A DNA stretch of 64,000 nucleotides from contig CBDCNG010000005.1 in assembly GCA_965219335.1 (NCBI GenBank), forward strand, positions 121,992 to 185,991. The letters are read 5' to 3'. Made by a program: the position numbers and the translations under genes. Shown piece by piece: positions 29,206-38,775 of this stretch (positions within the stretch are counted from its first letter, which is position 1; every line of letters starts with the position of its first letter). Under the pieces are notes generated by a model. The model was not told the DNA's origin. It made no database searches and worked only from the letters and a program-made list of their open reading frames with translations. Source of the DNA: Leeuwenhoekiella sp. (lineage in GTDB: Bacteria > Bacteroidota > Bacteroidia > Flavobacteriales > Flavobacteriaceae).

Positions 29206-31419
29206 ATGAGTAAGACGATTATTATTTCAAACCGACTGCCCCTGCAGTTAAAGATAGAAAATGAGGCCATTGAAGCAACCCCTAGTGTGGGAGGCCTTGC
29301 AACCGGGATGAAATCGGTACATAAAGAATCTAATGGCGTATGGATAGGGTGGACCGGACTTACCGAAGAAGAGTTGCCAGAACATCTGGAAAAAGATGTG
29401 GCCGATGCCTGTAAAAAGGAACAATGCGTGCCGGTAAGCTTAAATGAGGAAGATCTCAACGGTTTTTATTATGGCTTTAGTAACCGCACAATCTGGCCCC
29501 TGTTCCATTATTTTATGGAATACACCGAATTTGAAAGGGAAAACTGGAATATCTATAAAAAAGTAAATCAAAAATTTGCCAAGGTCGTCCTTGAAAATAT
29601 TGAAGAAGGGGATACCGTTTGGATACATGACTATCAGCTGATGCTGCTGCCCCAGCTCATCAAAGAAGAGCGGCCGGATGTGCGCATTGGTTTTTTTCTT
29701 CATATCCCCTTTCCGTCTTACGAGGTTTTCCGCACACTGCCCTGGCGCGAATCTATCTTAAAAGGGCTTCTGGGAGCTGATCTTATAGGCTTTCACACCT
29801 ACGATTATGAGCGGCATTTTTTAAGCTCTGTAACCAGGATTTTACGGCACGATGTCGACTTTAATGAGATCATGCTCAAAGACCGTATCGTTACCGTAAA
29901 CTCCTACCCTATGGGTATTCATTACAATAAATTTGAGCAGGCCGCGCTCAAAAATCAGGAGCAGAAAAAAAAGGAGCGGTCTGAGCTACAGCGAAGGCTT
30001 GATCTGCACCTTGATGCTACTCCCGATGCAAAAATGATCCTTTCAATAGACCGGCTGGATTATACCAAAGGGATTGCCAACCGCATTCGGGCGTATGAAT
30101 ATTTTCTTGAGAAATATCCTAATTATAAAGAGAAAGTAAGGCTGGTGATGCTTGCGGTTCCCTCCCGATCTAATGTGCCCCAATACCAACTCCTCAAAAA
30201 AGAGGTGGATGAACTCGTAGGACGAATCAATGGAAAGTTTGCCACTGTAAGCTGGACGCCCATATGGTATTTTTACCGCTCCATGCCGTTTGAAAACCTG
30301 ATCGACCTGTATACCAGTTGTGATATTGCCCTGCTTACCCCGATACGGGACGGGATGAATCTTGTGGCCAAAGAGTATATTGCCACACGCACAGATAAAA
30401 AAGGTGTGCTGATACTCAGTGAAATGACAGGGGCCGCCCATGAAATGTATGAGTCCCTTTTAATAAACCCCAATAATTTTGAAGAAATCGCCGATGTGAT
30501 AAAACGGGCTATCGAGATGCCAGAAGAAGAACAGATCAAGCGGAATACCATACTTCAAAAACGGCTGAAACGCTACAATGTAGAAAAATGGGCATCTGAT
30601 TTTATGCAAAACCTCGAGAAGACTAATGAGAAGAGGCATATCTTTAATGCCGTGAAAATAGGTGATTCACAGCTTAAAGATATGATGACAGCCTATAAAG
30701 AGGCCAAAAAACGCATACTTTTTCTCGATTATGATGGTACTTTAAGAGGTTTCGTAAATAATCCTGCAGATGCAGAACCAGATCAGGCTTTACTTGATCT
30801 GATCTCACAGATTCAAAAACAGGAAAACACAGAGGTGATCCTGATAAGTGGCCGTGACCGGAATACCCTGGGCACATGGTGGCTGGATGTGCCGGTAACG
30901 CTCATAGCCGAGCACGGCGTATGGAAAAGGGATATAGGTATGGAATGGGAAATCAACGACAATGTAAAAAAAGACTGGATGCCGCAGATAAGACCCATTT
31001 TAGAGACTTTTGTAGATAGAACGCCAGGAACTTTTATTGAAGAAAAAAATTACTCCCTGGCCTGGCATTACCGCAATGCAGATCCTGCACTTGGCGAGAT
31101 GAGGGCTAATGAACTATCAACTGTGATTAAAGAATTGACCAGTAATAACGATCTGGGCGTACTGGATGGAAACAAAGTGCTGGAGATTAAAAATTCTTCG
31201 GTAAATAAGGGAAAGGCCGTATCAAAGGAAGTATTTAAAAAGGATTACGATTTTATTTTTTCAATAGGTGATGACTGGACTGACGAGTACATGTTTCAGG
31301 ATCTACCGGATTCTGCATACACCGTTAAAGTTGGATTTCATAAAACCGCTGCCCGTTTTTATGTTGATGACACGCAGCGCGTAAGAGAACTTCTAAATGA
31401 ATTTGTTTCAGCAGGTTAA
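29206..31419 (+). CDS. Bifunctional trehalose-6-phosphate synthase / phosphatase (OtsA-OtsB fusion)
   Basis: GT20 motifs WIHDYQL, HIPFP, DRLDYTKG, DGMNLVAKEY; HAD domain FLDYDGTL and IGDDWTDE. Confidence 0.96.
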   Translation: MSKTIIISNRLPLQLKIENEAIEATPSVGGLATGMKSVHKESNGVWIGWTGLTEEELPEHLEKDVADACKKEQCVPVSLNEEDLNGFYYGFSNRTIWPLFHYFMEYTEFERENWNIYKKVNQKFAKVVLENIEEGDTVWIHDYQLMLLPQLIKEERPDVRIGFFLHIPFPSYEVFRTLPWRESILKGLLGADLIGFHTYDYERHFLSSVTRILRHDVDFNEIMLKDRIVTVNSYPMGIHYNKFEQAALKNQEQKKKERSELQRRLDLHLDATPDAKMILSIDRLDYTKGIANRIRAYEYFLEKYPNYKEKVRLVMLAVPSRSNVPQYQLLKKEVDELVGRINGKFATVSWTPIWYFYRSMPFENLIDLYTSCDIALLTPIRDGMNLVAKEYIATRTDKKGVLILSEMTGAAHEMYESLLINPNNFEEIADVIKRAIEMPEEEQIKRNTILQKRLKRYNVEKWASDFMQNLEKTNEKRHIFNAVKIGDSQLKDMMTAYKEAKKRILFLDYDGTLRGFVNNPADAEPDQALLDLISQIQKQENTEVILISGRDRNTLGTWWLDVPVTLIAEHGVWKRDIGMEWEINDNVKKDWMPQIRPILETFVDRTPGTFIEEKNYSLAWHYRNADPALGEMRANELSTVIKELTSNNDLGVLDGNKVLEIKNSSVNKGKAVSKEVFKKDYDFIFSIGDDWTDEYMFQDLPDSAYTVKVGFHKTAARFYVDDTQRVRELLNEFVSAG

Positions 31420-31564
31420 GTGTAATAAATTTTAAGATAATAGTATATTTAACAACATTGAATACGCTAATATCATGATTTTCAAACTTTAGATAAATAA
31501 TTTTTTCTATTCTGTTTACTGGCAAAAAGAGTCTTTAATATGATTAACAAACTTATAGCAATTT

Positions 31565-32920
31565 ATGACCTCTAAAATTACCACCGTTCTTTTCCTTTTT
31601 TTTACGGCTTTGGCCTCTGCACAGAACACCGCACCGCCAGAGACTGATCTTCGTCTATACGATATTATCCAGTCTATTTCTGCCGATAGTATTAAAGCTG
31701 ATGTTATCAAACTTGTTGGCTTTGGCACGCGGAATACCTTCAGCGATACCGTCAGCGAAACCCGTGGGATCGGAGCTGCCAGAAGATGGATAAAAGCCGA
31801 TTTTGAAAAGACTTCGGCACTATGTAACGACTGTCTTGAGGTGTCTTATGAAAAAGATCTTGTTACAAAAGATATGGGCAGCCGCGTGCCCAAAGATGCA
31901 TATGTTGTCAATGTGATTGCCATTCAGCGAGGTACAAAATATCCCAATCGTTATATCATTATGAGCGGTGATATTGATTCGCGCAACAGTGATGCTGTAG
32001 ATTTTACAGGGGATGCTCCCGGGGCCAATGATAACGCCAGTGGTATGGCAGGTACTATGGAGGCCGCACGTGTGCTTTCCAAATATAAATTTGAGAACAG
32101 TATTATTTATGCGGGCCTTTCAGGCGAGGAGCAGGGTCTTTATGGTGGGACCGGTCTTGCAGCTTACGCGAAAAAACAAGGTTGGGACATTATTGGTATT
32201 TTCAATAATGACATGATAGGGAACATTAAGGGCGTTGACGGGACAGTAAGCAATCGCGATTTTAGGATATTTTCTGAACCCGTCCCCCCTACCGAAACAG
32301 AAAGGGAGCAAAGCGCGCGCAGGTATTACGGTGGCGAAGTTGACGGTATTTCCCGTCAACTGGCCCGTTATGTTTATGGTAATGTAAAAAAATACATGCC
32401 CGTGATGAATCCCATGATGATTTACAGGTTAGACCGGTTTGGCCGGGGTGGTCACCACAAGCCCTTTAATGATTTGGGTTATGCAGGTATTAGGATTATG
32501 GAAGCTCATGAAAATTACACACAGCAACACCAGAATATCCGCACGGAAAACGGTATAGAATATGGTGATGTTCTAAAACATGTAAACTTTCCCTATACGG
32601 CTAGTCTTACCGCTGTAAATGCCATAAACCTGGCAAGTATTGCCTGGGCGCCACCATCGCCCAAAACTGTTGAAATAGGCGGGATAGTCGAAGCCAATGC
32701 CAAATTAAAATGGAATAAAGTGGATGGAGCCGTGGGCTATAAGATTTACTGGCGAGACACCACCTCCCCTACCTGGGATCACAGCAGGTACGTAGGTAAT
32801 GTGGATAATTTTGAACTTAAGGGTATTGTGATAGACAATTCCTTTTTTGGCGTGGCAGCCGTAGGAGAAAATGGTCATGAAAGCCCGGTAGTTTTCCCCA
32901 ACGGAATCATACTTAAATAA
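31565..32920 (+). CDS. M28 family metallopeptidase, secreted
   Basis: PGANDNASG, GEEQGL, NNDMIG, DRFGRGGHH. Confidence 0.9.
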   Translation: MTSKITTVLFLFFTALASAQNTAPPETDLRLYDIIQSISADSIKADVIKLVGFGTRNTFSDTVSETRGIGAARRWIKADFEKTSALCNDCLEVSYEKDLVTKDMGSRVPKDAYVVNVIAIQRGTKYPNRYIIMSGDIDSRNSDAVDFTGDAPGANDNASGMAGTMEAARVLSKYKFENSIIYAGLSGEEQGLYGGTGLAAYAKKQGWDIIGIFNNDMIGNIKGVDGTVSNRDFRIFSEPVPPTETEREQSARRYYGGEVDGISRQLARYVYGNVKKYMPVMNPMMIYRLDRFGRGGHHKPFNDLGYAGIRIMEAHENYTQQHQNIRTENGIEYGDVLKHVNFPYTASLTAVNAINLASIAWAPPSPKTVEIGGIVEANAKLKWNKVDGAVGYKIYWRDTTSPTWDHSRYVGNVDNFELKGIVIDNSFFGVAAVGENGHESPVVFPNGIILK

Positions 32921-33409
32921 ATTGCTTAAATATCATTAATTCAAATTTTTGACCTGATAGAATAATATAGGTTGAATTGGTCAATTTTGCATTGTACAGC
33001 CAAAACTCTTGATATTGTACTGTGCTAAAAGCCAATATTAAGTTGCTGATTCGCCAAGGCGTGGTGATTTTGTAAAAAATGATTTTTAGGCTTTCGCGAA
33101 AAATTACAGTGTCAAATTTTCCATTCATCGGCAGCGCTAATATGATGACCATAAACTCAGAAGCCAGTTTTTTCGTTAGTGGTTTTTTGATGGATAGATA
33201 TTTAAAGCTAGGGAATTTTAATGATATCAAAAGGTGATATCTTGAAATTCGTATACGCTGAGAAAGAGATGTAATAATACCTCTGAAACTATAAAATTCA
33301 ATCTTGATAGAACAAAATCAATGGGAACAGATTTTTAAACAAGCTCTTAACAAATTATCTTGTGAACATCTCGAATTGAATGATTAACCTCTAAACAAAA
33401 ACCGAAAAC

Positions 33410-33646
33410 ATGAGTATTCCTAAACGCGCGGGTAACGCACCCGTAAGAATTGACCTTGAGGCCCATAAGCGCTACGTTTGGTGCAGTTGTGGCCATAGCG
33501 AGAAACAACCTTTTTGTAACGGCGCTCACAAAGCAGAGGGTGGCGTCCCGATGCCCTTTACCGTTGAGGAAGATAAAAAAGCATCCCTTTGCACATGTAA
33601 ATTGACTGATAACCCACCTTATTGTGATGGTTCTCATAAAAATTAA
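33410..33646 (+). CDS. CDGSH iron-sulfur domain protein (two motifs)
   Basis: WCSCGHSEKQPFCNGAH and LCTCKLTDNPPYCDGSH. Confidence 0.92.
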   Translation: MSIPKRAGNAPVRIDLEAHKRYVWCSCGHSEKQPFCNGAHKAEGGVPMPFTVEEDKKASLCTCKLTDNPPYCDGSHKN

Positions 33647-33687
33647 GAAAAAGGTTCTTAATCATTTGGGCGTAGCATACTAACAAC

Positions 33688-34569
33688 TTGTATATGAAAA
33701 AAAAATATTTTATACCCGTGGCATGCATATTTGCCATCTTTATGGTATACTGTAAAAATACGGGAGCTTCTGAAAAACAGGATAAGGATCCAAAAGTGGA
33801 CGACCAACGAACGTCGGCATCCATTGCAGAAAGCGATTTCGTCAAAACGATCGATAAGTCCCCACGCCATCAGGAATGGATTTCGCTGAATAGCAATGGC
33901 CGCGAACTCTACACGTTTGTGGTGTATCCCGAGAAATCTAAAAAGGCTAAAACAATCATTATGATCCATGAAAACAGGGGATTGAATGATTGGGCGCGGT
34001 ATTTTGCTGATCAGTTAGCTGCAGAAGGATTTATTGTTCTCGCCCCAGACCTGTTGTCAAATTTTGAAAATGGAATCGAAAAAACAACTGATTTTAGCAA
34101 TGCTGATCAAGCCCGGGATGCTATCTATAAATTAAAGCCCAATGCGGTGACCAATGATCTGGATGCTGTTTTCGCTTACGCGAAAAAAATAGATTCCAGC
34201 ACTGGTGAGATCGCTGTGGCCGGATTTTGCTGGGGTGGTACGCAGACTTTTGCATACGCGACACATAACCCTAATATTAGTGAGGCCCACGTTTTTTATG
34301 GTACCGCTCCAGAAAACGCCGAAGCCATTAAAAAAATTGGCGCCCCCATTTACGGCTATTACGGTGGTAATGACAACCGCGTCACAGCAACGGTAGAAAA
34401 AACCAAAACTATTATGGCCAGGTTTAACAAAAAATACACCCCTGTGATCTATGAAGGTGCAGGTCATGCTTTTATGCGCAGTGGATCAGAAGATAGTAGC
34501 AACGCTGCAAATAGAAAAGCGCATGATCAGGCGTTAAAAAGGCTTTTAAATGTTTTAAATAAGGATTAA
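33688..34569 (+). CDS. Dienelactone hydrolase family protein, probable lipoprotein
   Basis: IHENRGLN, GFCWGG nucleophile motif, YEGAGHAF. Confidence 0.9.
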   Translation: MYMKKKYFIPVACIFAIFMVYCKNTGASEKQDKDPKVDDQRTSASIAESDFVKTIDKSPRHQEWISLNSNGRELYTFVVYPEKSKKAKTIIMIHENRGLNDWARYFADQLAAEGFIVLAPDLLSNFENGIEKTTDFSNADQARDAIYKLKPNAVTNDLDAVFAYAKKIDSSTGEIAVAGFCWGGTQTFAYATHNPNISEAHVFYGTAPENAEAIKKIGAPIYGYYGGNDNRVTATVEKTKTIMARFNKKYTPVIYEGAGHAFMRSGSEDSSNAANRKAHDQALKRLLNVLNKD

Positions 34570-34656
34570 ATCAATAAGCGCACCCTAACCATGATTAAAT
34601 AAAAGGGTGCTTTATGAGAGTGCAACCTGATTTTCGATAAACTCAAAATACTTTTT

Positions 34657-35661
34657 ATGTCATTCAAACTACTTTGCTGGAACATGGAATGGATGAACGA
34701 CCTTTTTGACGGAGAGGGCAGTTTCCGTCCAGATGATTATAAGCCACAGCACAATAAAAACACTACCGTTATTGCCCGAAGACAGGATTTGGCCGGTGTC
34801 ATCAATGAGATTGCCCCTGCTGCAGTGGTTGTGGTTGAGGGGCCCAACCGCACTAAAGAGTTGCAACTTTTTTTTGACTCTGATGTAAAAGGTACCTGGC
34901 AGACTTATATTCAGACAACCAAAGGATCTTCACAATGTGTGGGCATTGCCGTTAGAACCGATACCGGTATTTTTGATGAAACCATCCCATTAAAGACCTT
35001 TAACACCGCCATTGATCCAATTTTTGATGATTTTGAATTGGATAACGAGGATGATGGCATTACAGAAATCTATAAGTTTGAGCGGCGACCTTTATATATT
35101 GAGCTAAAACTCAAAAATGGGGAGCGCTATCGGGTTCTTGGCCTACATTTAAAGAGCAAGGGTATTTTTGATCTACTGGATTGGAGCAAATGGTGGGAAA
35201 GATCTATCGCAAACCGCAGAAAAATCTTTGCGAGTGCCGTGCATTTAAGAACTGAATTTATTGAGCCATACCTGGGCGATGAGGAAACCAAAAATATCCC
35301 TTTGATCGTTTGCGGTGATATAAATGATGGTCCTGGTTTTGACACTGCAGAAAAGAAAATACTGGGTAGCGGGGTAGAAAAACTGATGGGTGATATCTGG
35401 AATCCTTCCACTATTTTGGGAAATGCTATTTATGATACCTATCAAAAATTAGATGTCAGCACAACACGGTATGCCGATCCTATTTTTAATTTCAATTATA
35501 AATACCATTATGTGTGGATCGATCATATTATGTATTCAAAAAATAAAACGGATTGGACAAAAAACGGAACGATCCATGAAGATATGAAGGAAGGAAAAAT
35601 ATGGAACGTTTATCCCCATGCATCTGACCATAGCCCTATTTCTGTTGATATTGATTCTTGA
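34657..35661 (+). CDS. Endonuclease/exonuclease/phosphatase (EEP) family protein
   Basis: WNMEW, VVEGP, HLKS, VCGDINDGPG, WIDHI, SDHSPI. Confidence 0.88.
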   Translation: MSFKLLCWNMEWMNDLFDGEGSFRPDDYKPQHNKNTTVIARRQDLAGVINEIAPAAVVVVEGPNRTKELQLFFDSDVKGTWQTYIQTTKGSSQCVGIAVRTDTGIFDETIPLKTFNTAIDPIFDDFELDNEDDGITEIYKFERRPLYIELKLKNGERYRVLGLHLKSKGIFDLLDWSKWWERSIANRRKIFASAVHLRTEFIEPYLGDEETKNIPLIVCGDINDGPGFDTAEKKILGSGVEKLMGDIWNPSTILGNAIYDTYQKLDVSTTRYADPIFNFNYKYHYVWIDHIMYSKNKTDWTKNGTIHEDMKEGKIWNVYPHASDHSPISVDIDS

Positions 35662-35699
35662 TAAACAAAATATAGCCTTCACCGCTTCAAGATAGGTCC

Positions 35700-35808
35700 A
35701 TATAAGCTTTAAAATTTATAAATATAGATTATAAGTTAATAAGCTTATAAAATTAATTTATAAGTTTTTGAACTTATAACAATATATCATAAGCTAATAT
35801 GCTTATAT
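35700..35808. promoter_or_regulatory. Array of four 22-bp palindromic operators, 29-bp period
   Basis: Consensus TTATAAGYT-N4-ARYTTATAA at 35700, 35729, 35758, 35787 with 7-bp linkers; the fourth overlaps the -7 element TATATTTG (35804-35811). Confidence 0.8.
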
Positions 35809-35816
35809 TTGTTCTC

Positions 35817-36494
35817 ATGAAAAAATTTGCGGTCATATCAGGCGACATTATAGCCTTTACAAGTCTTTCCGATGCATCAAAAAATAATCTGGAGACTGGT
35901 CTTGACGTGTTGTTTAAAGAGTTAAATTCTAGGTTCGATGCTCATTCCAGACTAATAAAAGGAGATTATCTGGAATGTGCGGTACCCAAGCCGCAAGACG
36001 GCTTGCGCATTGCACTAATCATAAAAACGTTTATTAAGACCCTAGACTTGGATGCCAAAAATGAACGCCATCGATTTTTTGAAGAATACGGCATACGTCT
36101 AGCCCTAGGATATGGCACACTCTCCCGGTATGAGCCCCAGAAAGGGATTATTGATGGGGAGGCCATCTACTTAAGTGGGAGAAAAGTAAATGAAGAAAGC
36201 ACCCATAACAAAACGCGCGTAACCATTAAAAATACATTACAATTTGTTTCTAACGATAATGCGCTCAATCAGCCCATGGAAGCCATTTTTGCTCTTTTGG
36301 ATTTTATGCTCATCCGCGCAACTCGAAAACAAAGCGAAGTAGCCCATCATAAACTTTTAGGCCGCAGTGAGGAAGAGATTGCCTCCCTATTGGGCACAAG
36401 CCAGCCTGCCGTAAACCAACATTCTACAAGCATAGGGTGGAATGCCATTGACAAGGCCGTAACCTATTATGAAAAAAAAATAACCCAACTCTAG
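35817..36494 (+). CDS. SatD family protein (nucleotidyl-cyclase-like N-domain + C-terminal HTH)
   Basis: AVISGDII...IKGDYLE, RLALGYG, GEAIYLSG, and HTH SEEEIASLLGTSQPAVNQH; ATG at 35817. Confidence 0.75.
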   Translation: MKKFAVISGDIIAFTSLSDASKNNLETGLDVLFKELNSRFDAHSRLIKGDYLECAVPKPQDGLRIALIIKTFIKTLDLDAKNERHRFFEEYGIRLALGYGTLSRYEPQKGIIDGEAIYLSGRKVNEESTHNKTRVTIKNTLQFVSNDNALNQPMEAIFALLDFMLIRATRKQSEVAHHKLLGRSEEEIASLLGTSQPAVNQHSTSIGWNAIDKAVTYYEKKITQL

Positions 36495-37217
36495 ATGCAA
36501 ACGGCTAACCTTCTCTTATTACAGCTCATTGCCCATTTATTAGCTGACTATACCTTTCAGACCAAAAGAATGGCCATAAATAAAGATAAAAAAGGATTTA
36601 AAGGTAAAATGCTCAAATGGCATATTTTGATCGTATTTACGACCAGTGCCCTTTTAGGATTGGAAAAGTCGTTTATTCCCTTTTCAGCAGTTATTGCAAT
36701 AACACACTGGTGTATAGATGGATGCAAACCACAATTACTGAAAAATAAAGTAACAAGGCACTATGTATTTTTTATAGACCAGGCCCTACATCTGGCCATA
36801 TTCACTGGAGTAGTTTTTTTATACAGGTCCCTAAATGATTGGCAGCTCATAGATCATCGATTTTTAAATACGTTTACGCTGGGGACTGCTGCAGTATTTT
36901 TAATTTGCACAAAACCGGCAAATATTTTTATTCGGGAAGTATTTAACGCTTACGGCATTTACTTTCAGGGCGGCGAAGAAGACCTACCCAATGCCGGAAG
37001 ACTCATTGGTATAATTGAACGTTGGCTGGTGCTTATTTTTATTTTATTTGGCCAATTTTCAGCGGTGGGTTTCCTTATTGGGGCAAAATCAATATTAAGA
37101 TTTAAAGAGACCACTTTCCTAAAAACCGAATATGTACTTGTGGGTACCCTTTTGAGTTTTGGCGTGGCCGTGGTACTGGGGATTTTTGTCAAACAGTTGG
37201 GCCTATATTTTCTTTAA
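36495..37217 (+). CDS. DUF3307 membrane protein
   Basis: QLIAHLLADY, THWCID, DQALHL; C-terminal AGRLIGIIER...AKSILRF...TEYVLVGTLLSF; abuts the SatD stop (TAGATG). Confidence 0.85.
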   Translation: MQTANLLLLQLIAHLLADYTFQTKRMAINKDKKGFKGKMLKWHILIVFTTSALLGLEKSFIPFSAVIAITHWCIDGCKPQLLKNKVTRHYVFFIDQALHLAIFTGVVFLYRSLNDWQLIDHRFLNTFTLGTAAVFLICTKPANIFIREVFNAYGIYFQGGEEDLPNAGRLIGIIERWLVLIFILFGQFSAVGFLIGAKSILRFKETTFLKTEYVLVGTLLSFGVAVVLGIFVKQLGLYFL

Positions 37218-37404
37218 AATCGGCGATAAGTGTCATAATGCTTATTTTTGATCGCTCAAATACGTGGTTAAAAAAATATCGCTTTCGCGGAAGCTTAAAA
37301 ATTTAAAGAATTAATCTTATACAATATAGAAGTAAAGGTTTAAAAAGTCATTTATACTAAATAAAGATTAACAAGAGTTGATCTGTACAAAAAATTAAAT
37401 TCAC

Positions 37405-38247
37405 TTGGACATAAATATAAATAATCTAGCAAAAGTAAAATTGGTGGTCAGCGATATGGACGGTACGCTACTCAATGCAAAGGGAGAAGTAAGTTCACGT
37501 TTTTTTGAACTTTATGAACAGTTAGAAAAGCACAATGTCCATTTCGTTGCTGCCAGCGGCCGTCAATATTACAGTATAATTGATAAATTGTACAAAATAA
37601 AAGATGGCATCACCGTGATTGCCGAGAATGGAGGTATCGCACAACGTCGCAGTGAGGTACTGCTTACCAAATCTTTACCCATCGATACCGTGAAAAAACT
37701 CCTGCTCAAACTACGTAAAATAGACGACGCTTACGTTGTACTCTGTGGTATGAAAAGCGGTTATGTAGAATCGCAAAATGATGAGTTTTTATCTATTTTC
37801 AGTGAGTATTACAAAAAGTACAACCGTGTGGATAACCTTTTGGATCACATAGATCAAGATGAGTTTTTTAAAATTGCTGTTTATAGTTTTAAAGGTTCTG
37901 AAAAATCTACTTTTCCGCATTTTCAAGAGGAATATGCGGATTTTAAGGTAAAGGTTTCCGCAGAAAACTGGCTCGATATCATGGGAAGCGATACTAATAA
38001 GGGAGGTGCGCTAAAGCATATTCAAGATCTACTGGGTATAACAAGCAATGAGACCTTGGTATTTGGCGACTATAACAATGACCTTGAAATGATGAAGCTT
38101 GCGCAGTTTAGCTATGCGATGGAAAACGCCCATCCCAATGTGCTGGCAGCAGCAACCTACAGGACCAAAAGTAACAATGCCCTTGGGGTGGAGCATATTT
38201 TGGAACAGCTACTGGAGGCCAAAGAAAGCTTAAACTCCAAAAGCTGA
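37405..38247 (+). CDS. Cof-type HAD-IIB hydrolase
   Basis: SDMDGTLL, ASGR, FGDYNNDLEMM. Confidence 0.92.
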   Translation: MDININNLAKVKLVVSDMDGTLLNAKGEVSSRFFELYEQLEKHNVHFVAASGRQYYSIIDKLYKIKDGITVIAENGGIAQRRSEVLLTKSLPIDTVKKLLLKLRKIDDAYVVLCGMKSGYVESQNDEFLSIFSEYYKKYNRVDNLLDHIDQDEFFKIAVYSFKGSEKSTFPHFQEEYADFKVKVSAENWLDIMGSDTNKGGALKHIQDLLGITSNETLVFGDYNNDLEMMKLAQFSYAMENAHPNVLAAATYRTKSNNALGVEHILEQLLEAKESLNSKS

Positions 38248-38652
38248 TAAAACCAGTTTTCTAGAACCACCATTATTGCGGTGTTCGCACAAATAGATGC
38301 CCTGCCATGTGCCTAAATTGAGGTTGCCATTAGTTATGGGTACCGTAACAGAAACCCCCATGAGTGATGCTTTGATATGCGCCGGCATATCATCTGGGCC
38401 CTCAAAGGTATGTATATAGTAAGATGCCCCTTCAGGAACCATAACATTCATGTGATTCTCAAAATCCGTACGGACGCTAGGATCTGCATTTTCATTAATG
38501 GTCAGGCTTGCCGAAGTATGCTTGATAAAAATCTGGAGTTGACCATTCTTGATCTTTTTAATGCTTGGTATCGAATCCACAACATCATCCGTGATTAAAT
38601 GAAAACCACGCGGCCTGGATTCCAATTTTATCTCTTTTTGGAAAAATAACAT
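38230..38652 (-). CDS. yjbQ: YjbQ family protein (UPF0047)
   Basis: HTSASLTINENAD, HTFEGPDDMPAHIK, LGTWQGIYLCEHR. Confidence 0.92.
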   Translation of the reverse strand: MLFFQKEIKLESRPRGFHLITDDVVDSIPSIKKIKNGQLQIFIKHTSASLTINENADPSVRTDFENHMNVMVPEGASYYIHTFEGPDDMPAHIKASLMGVSVTVPITNGNLNLGTWQGIYLCEHRNNGGSRKLVLSAFGV

Positions 38653-38685
38653 GTCGAATTTGATTTATAGTGAATTCTTTTTTAA

Positions 38686-38775
38686 CCGCTAATGGCATTA
38701 ATTATTACTTCATTCTAAGCTTTTTTCTGATAGCTTTCGGAACAGAATCTCAAAAAATATTGAATGCTCAATATT
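38686..38775. repeat. Dispersed repeat, copy B (homologous to 2173-2264)
   Basis: TTCTGA-tagctt-TCGGAA hairpin and AATATTGA-N4-TCAATATT palindrome. Confidence 0.7.

Noticed and set aside
32913-33230. 105-aa minus-strand ORF
   Set aside because: No recognisable motif, AT-rich intergenic composition; probably spurious, although an eroded remnant cannot be excluded
35700-35808. Regularly spaced palindromic repeats as a CRISPR array
   Set aside because: Spacers are only 7 bp, the repeats are degenerate, and no cas genes are present; this fits an operator array
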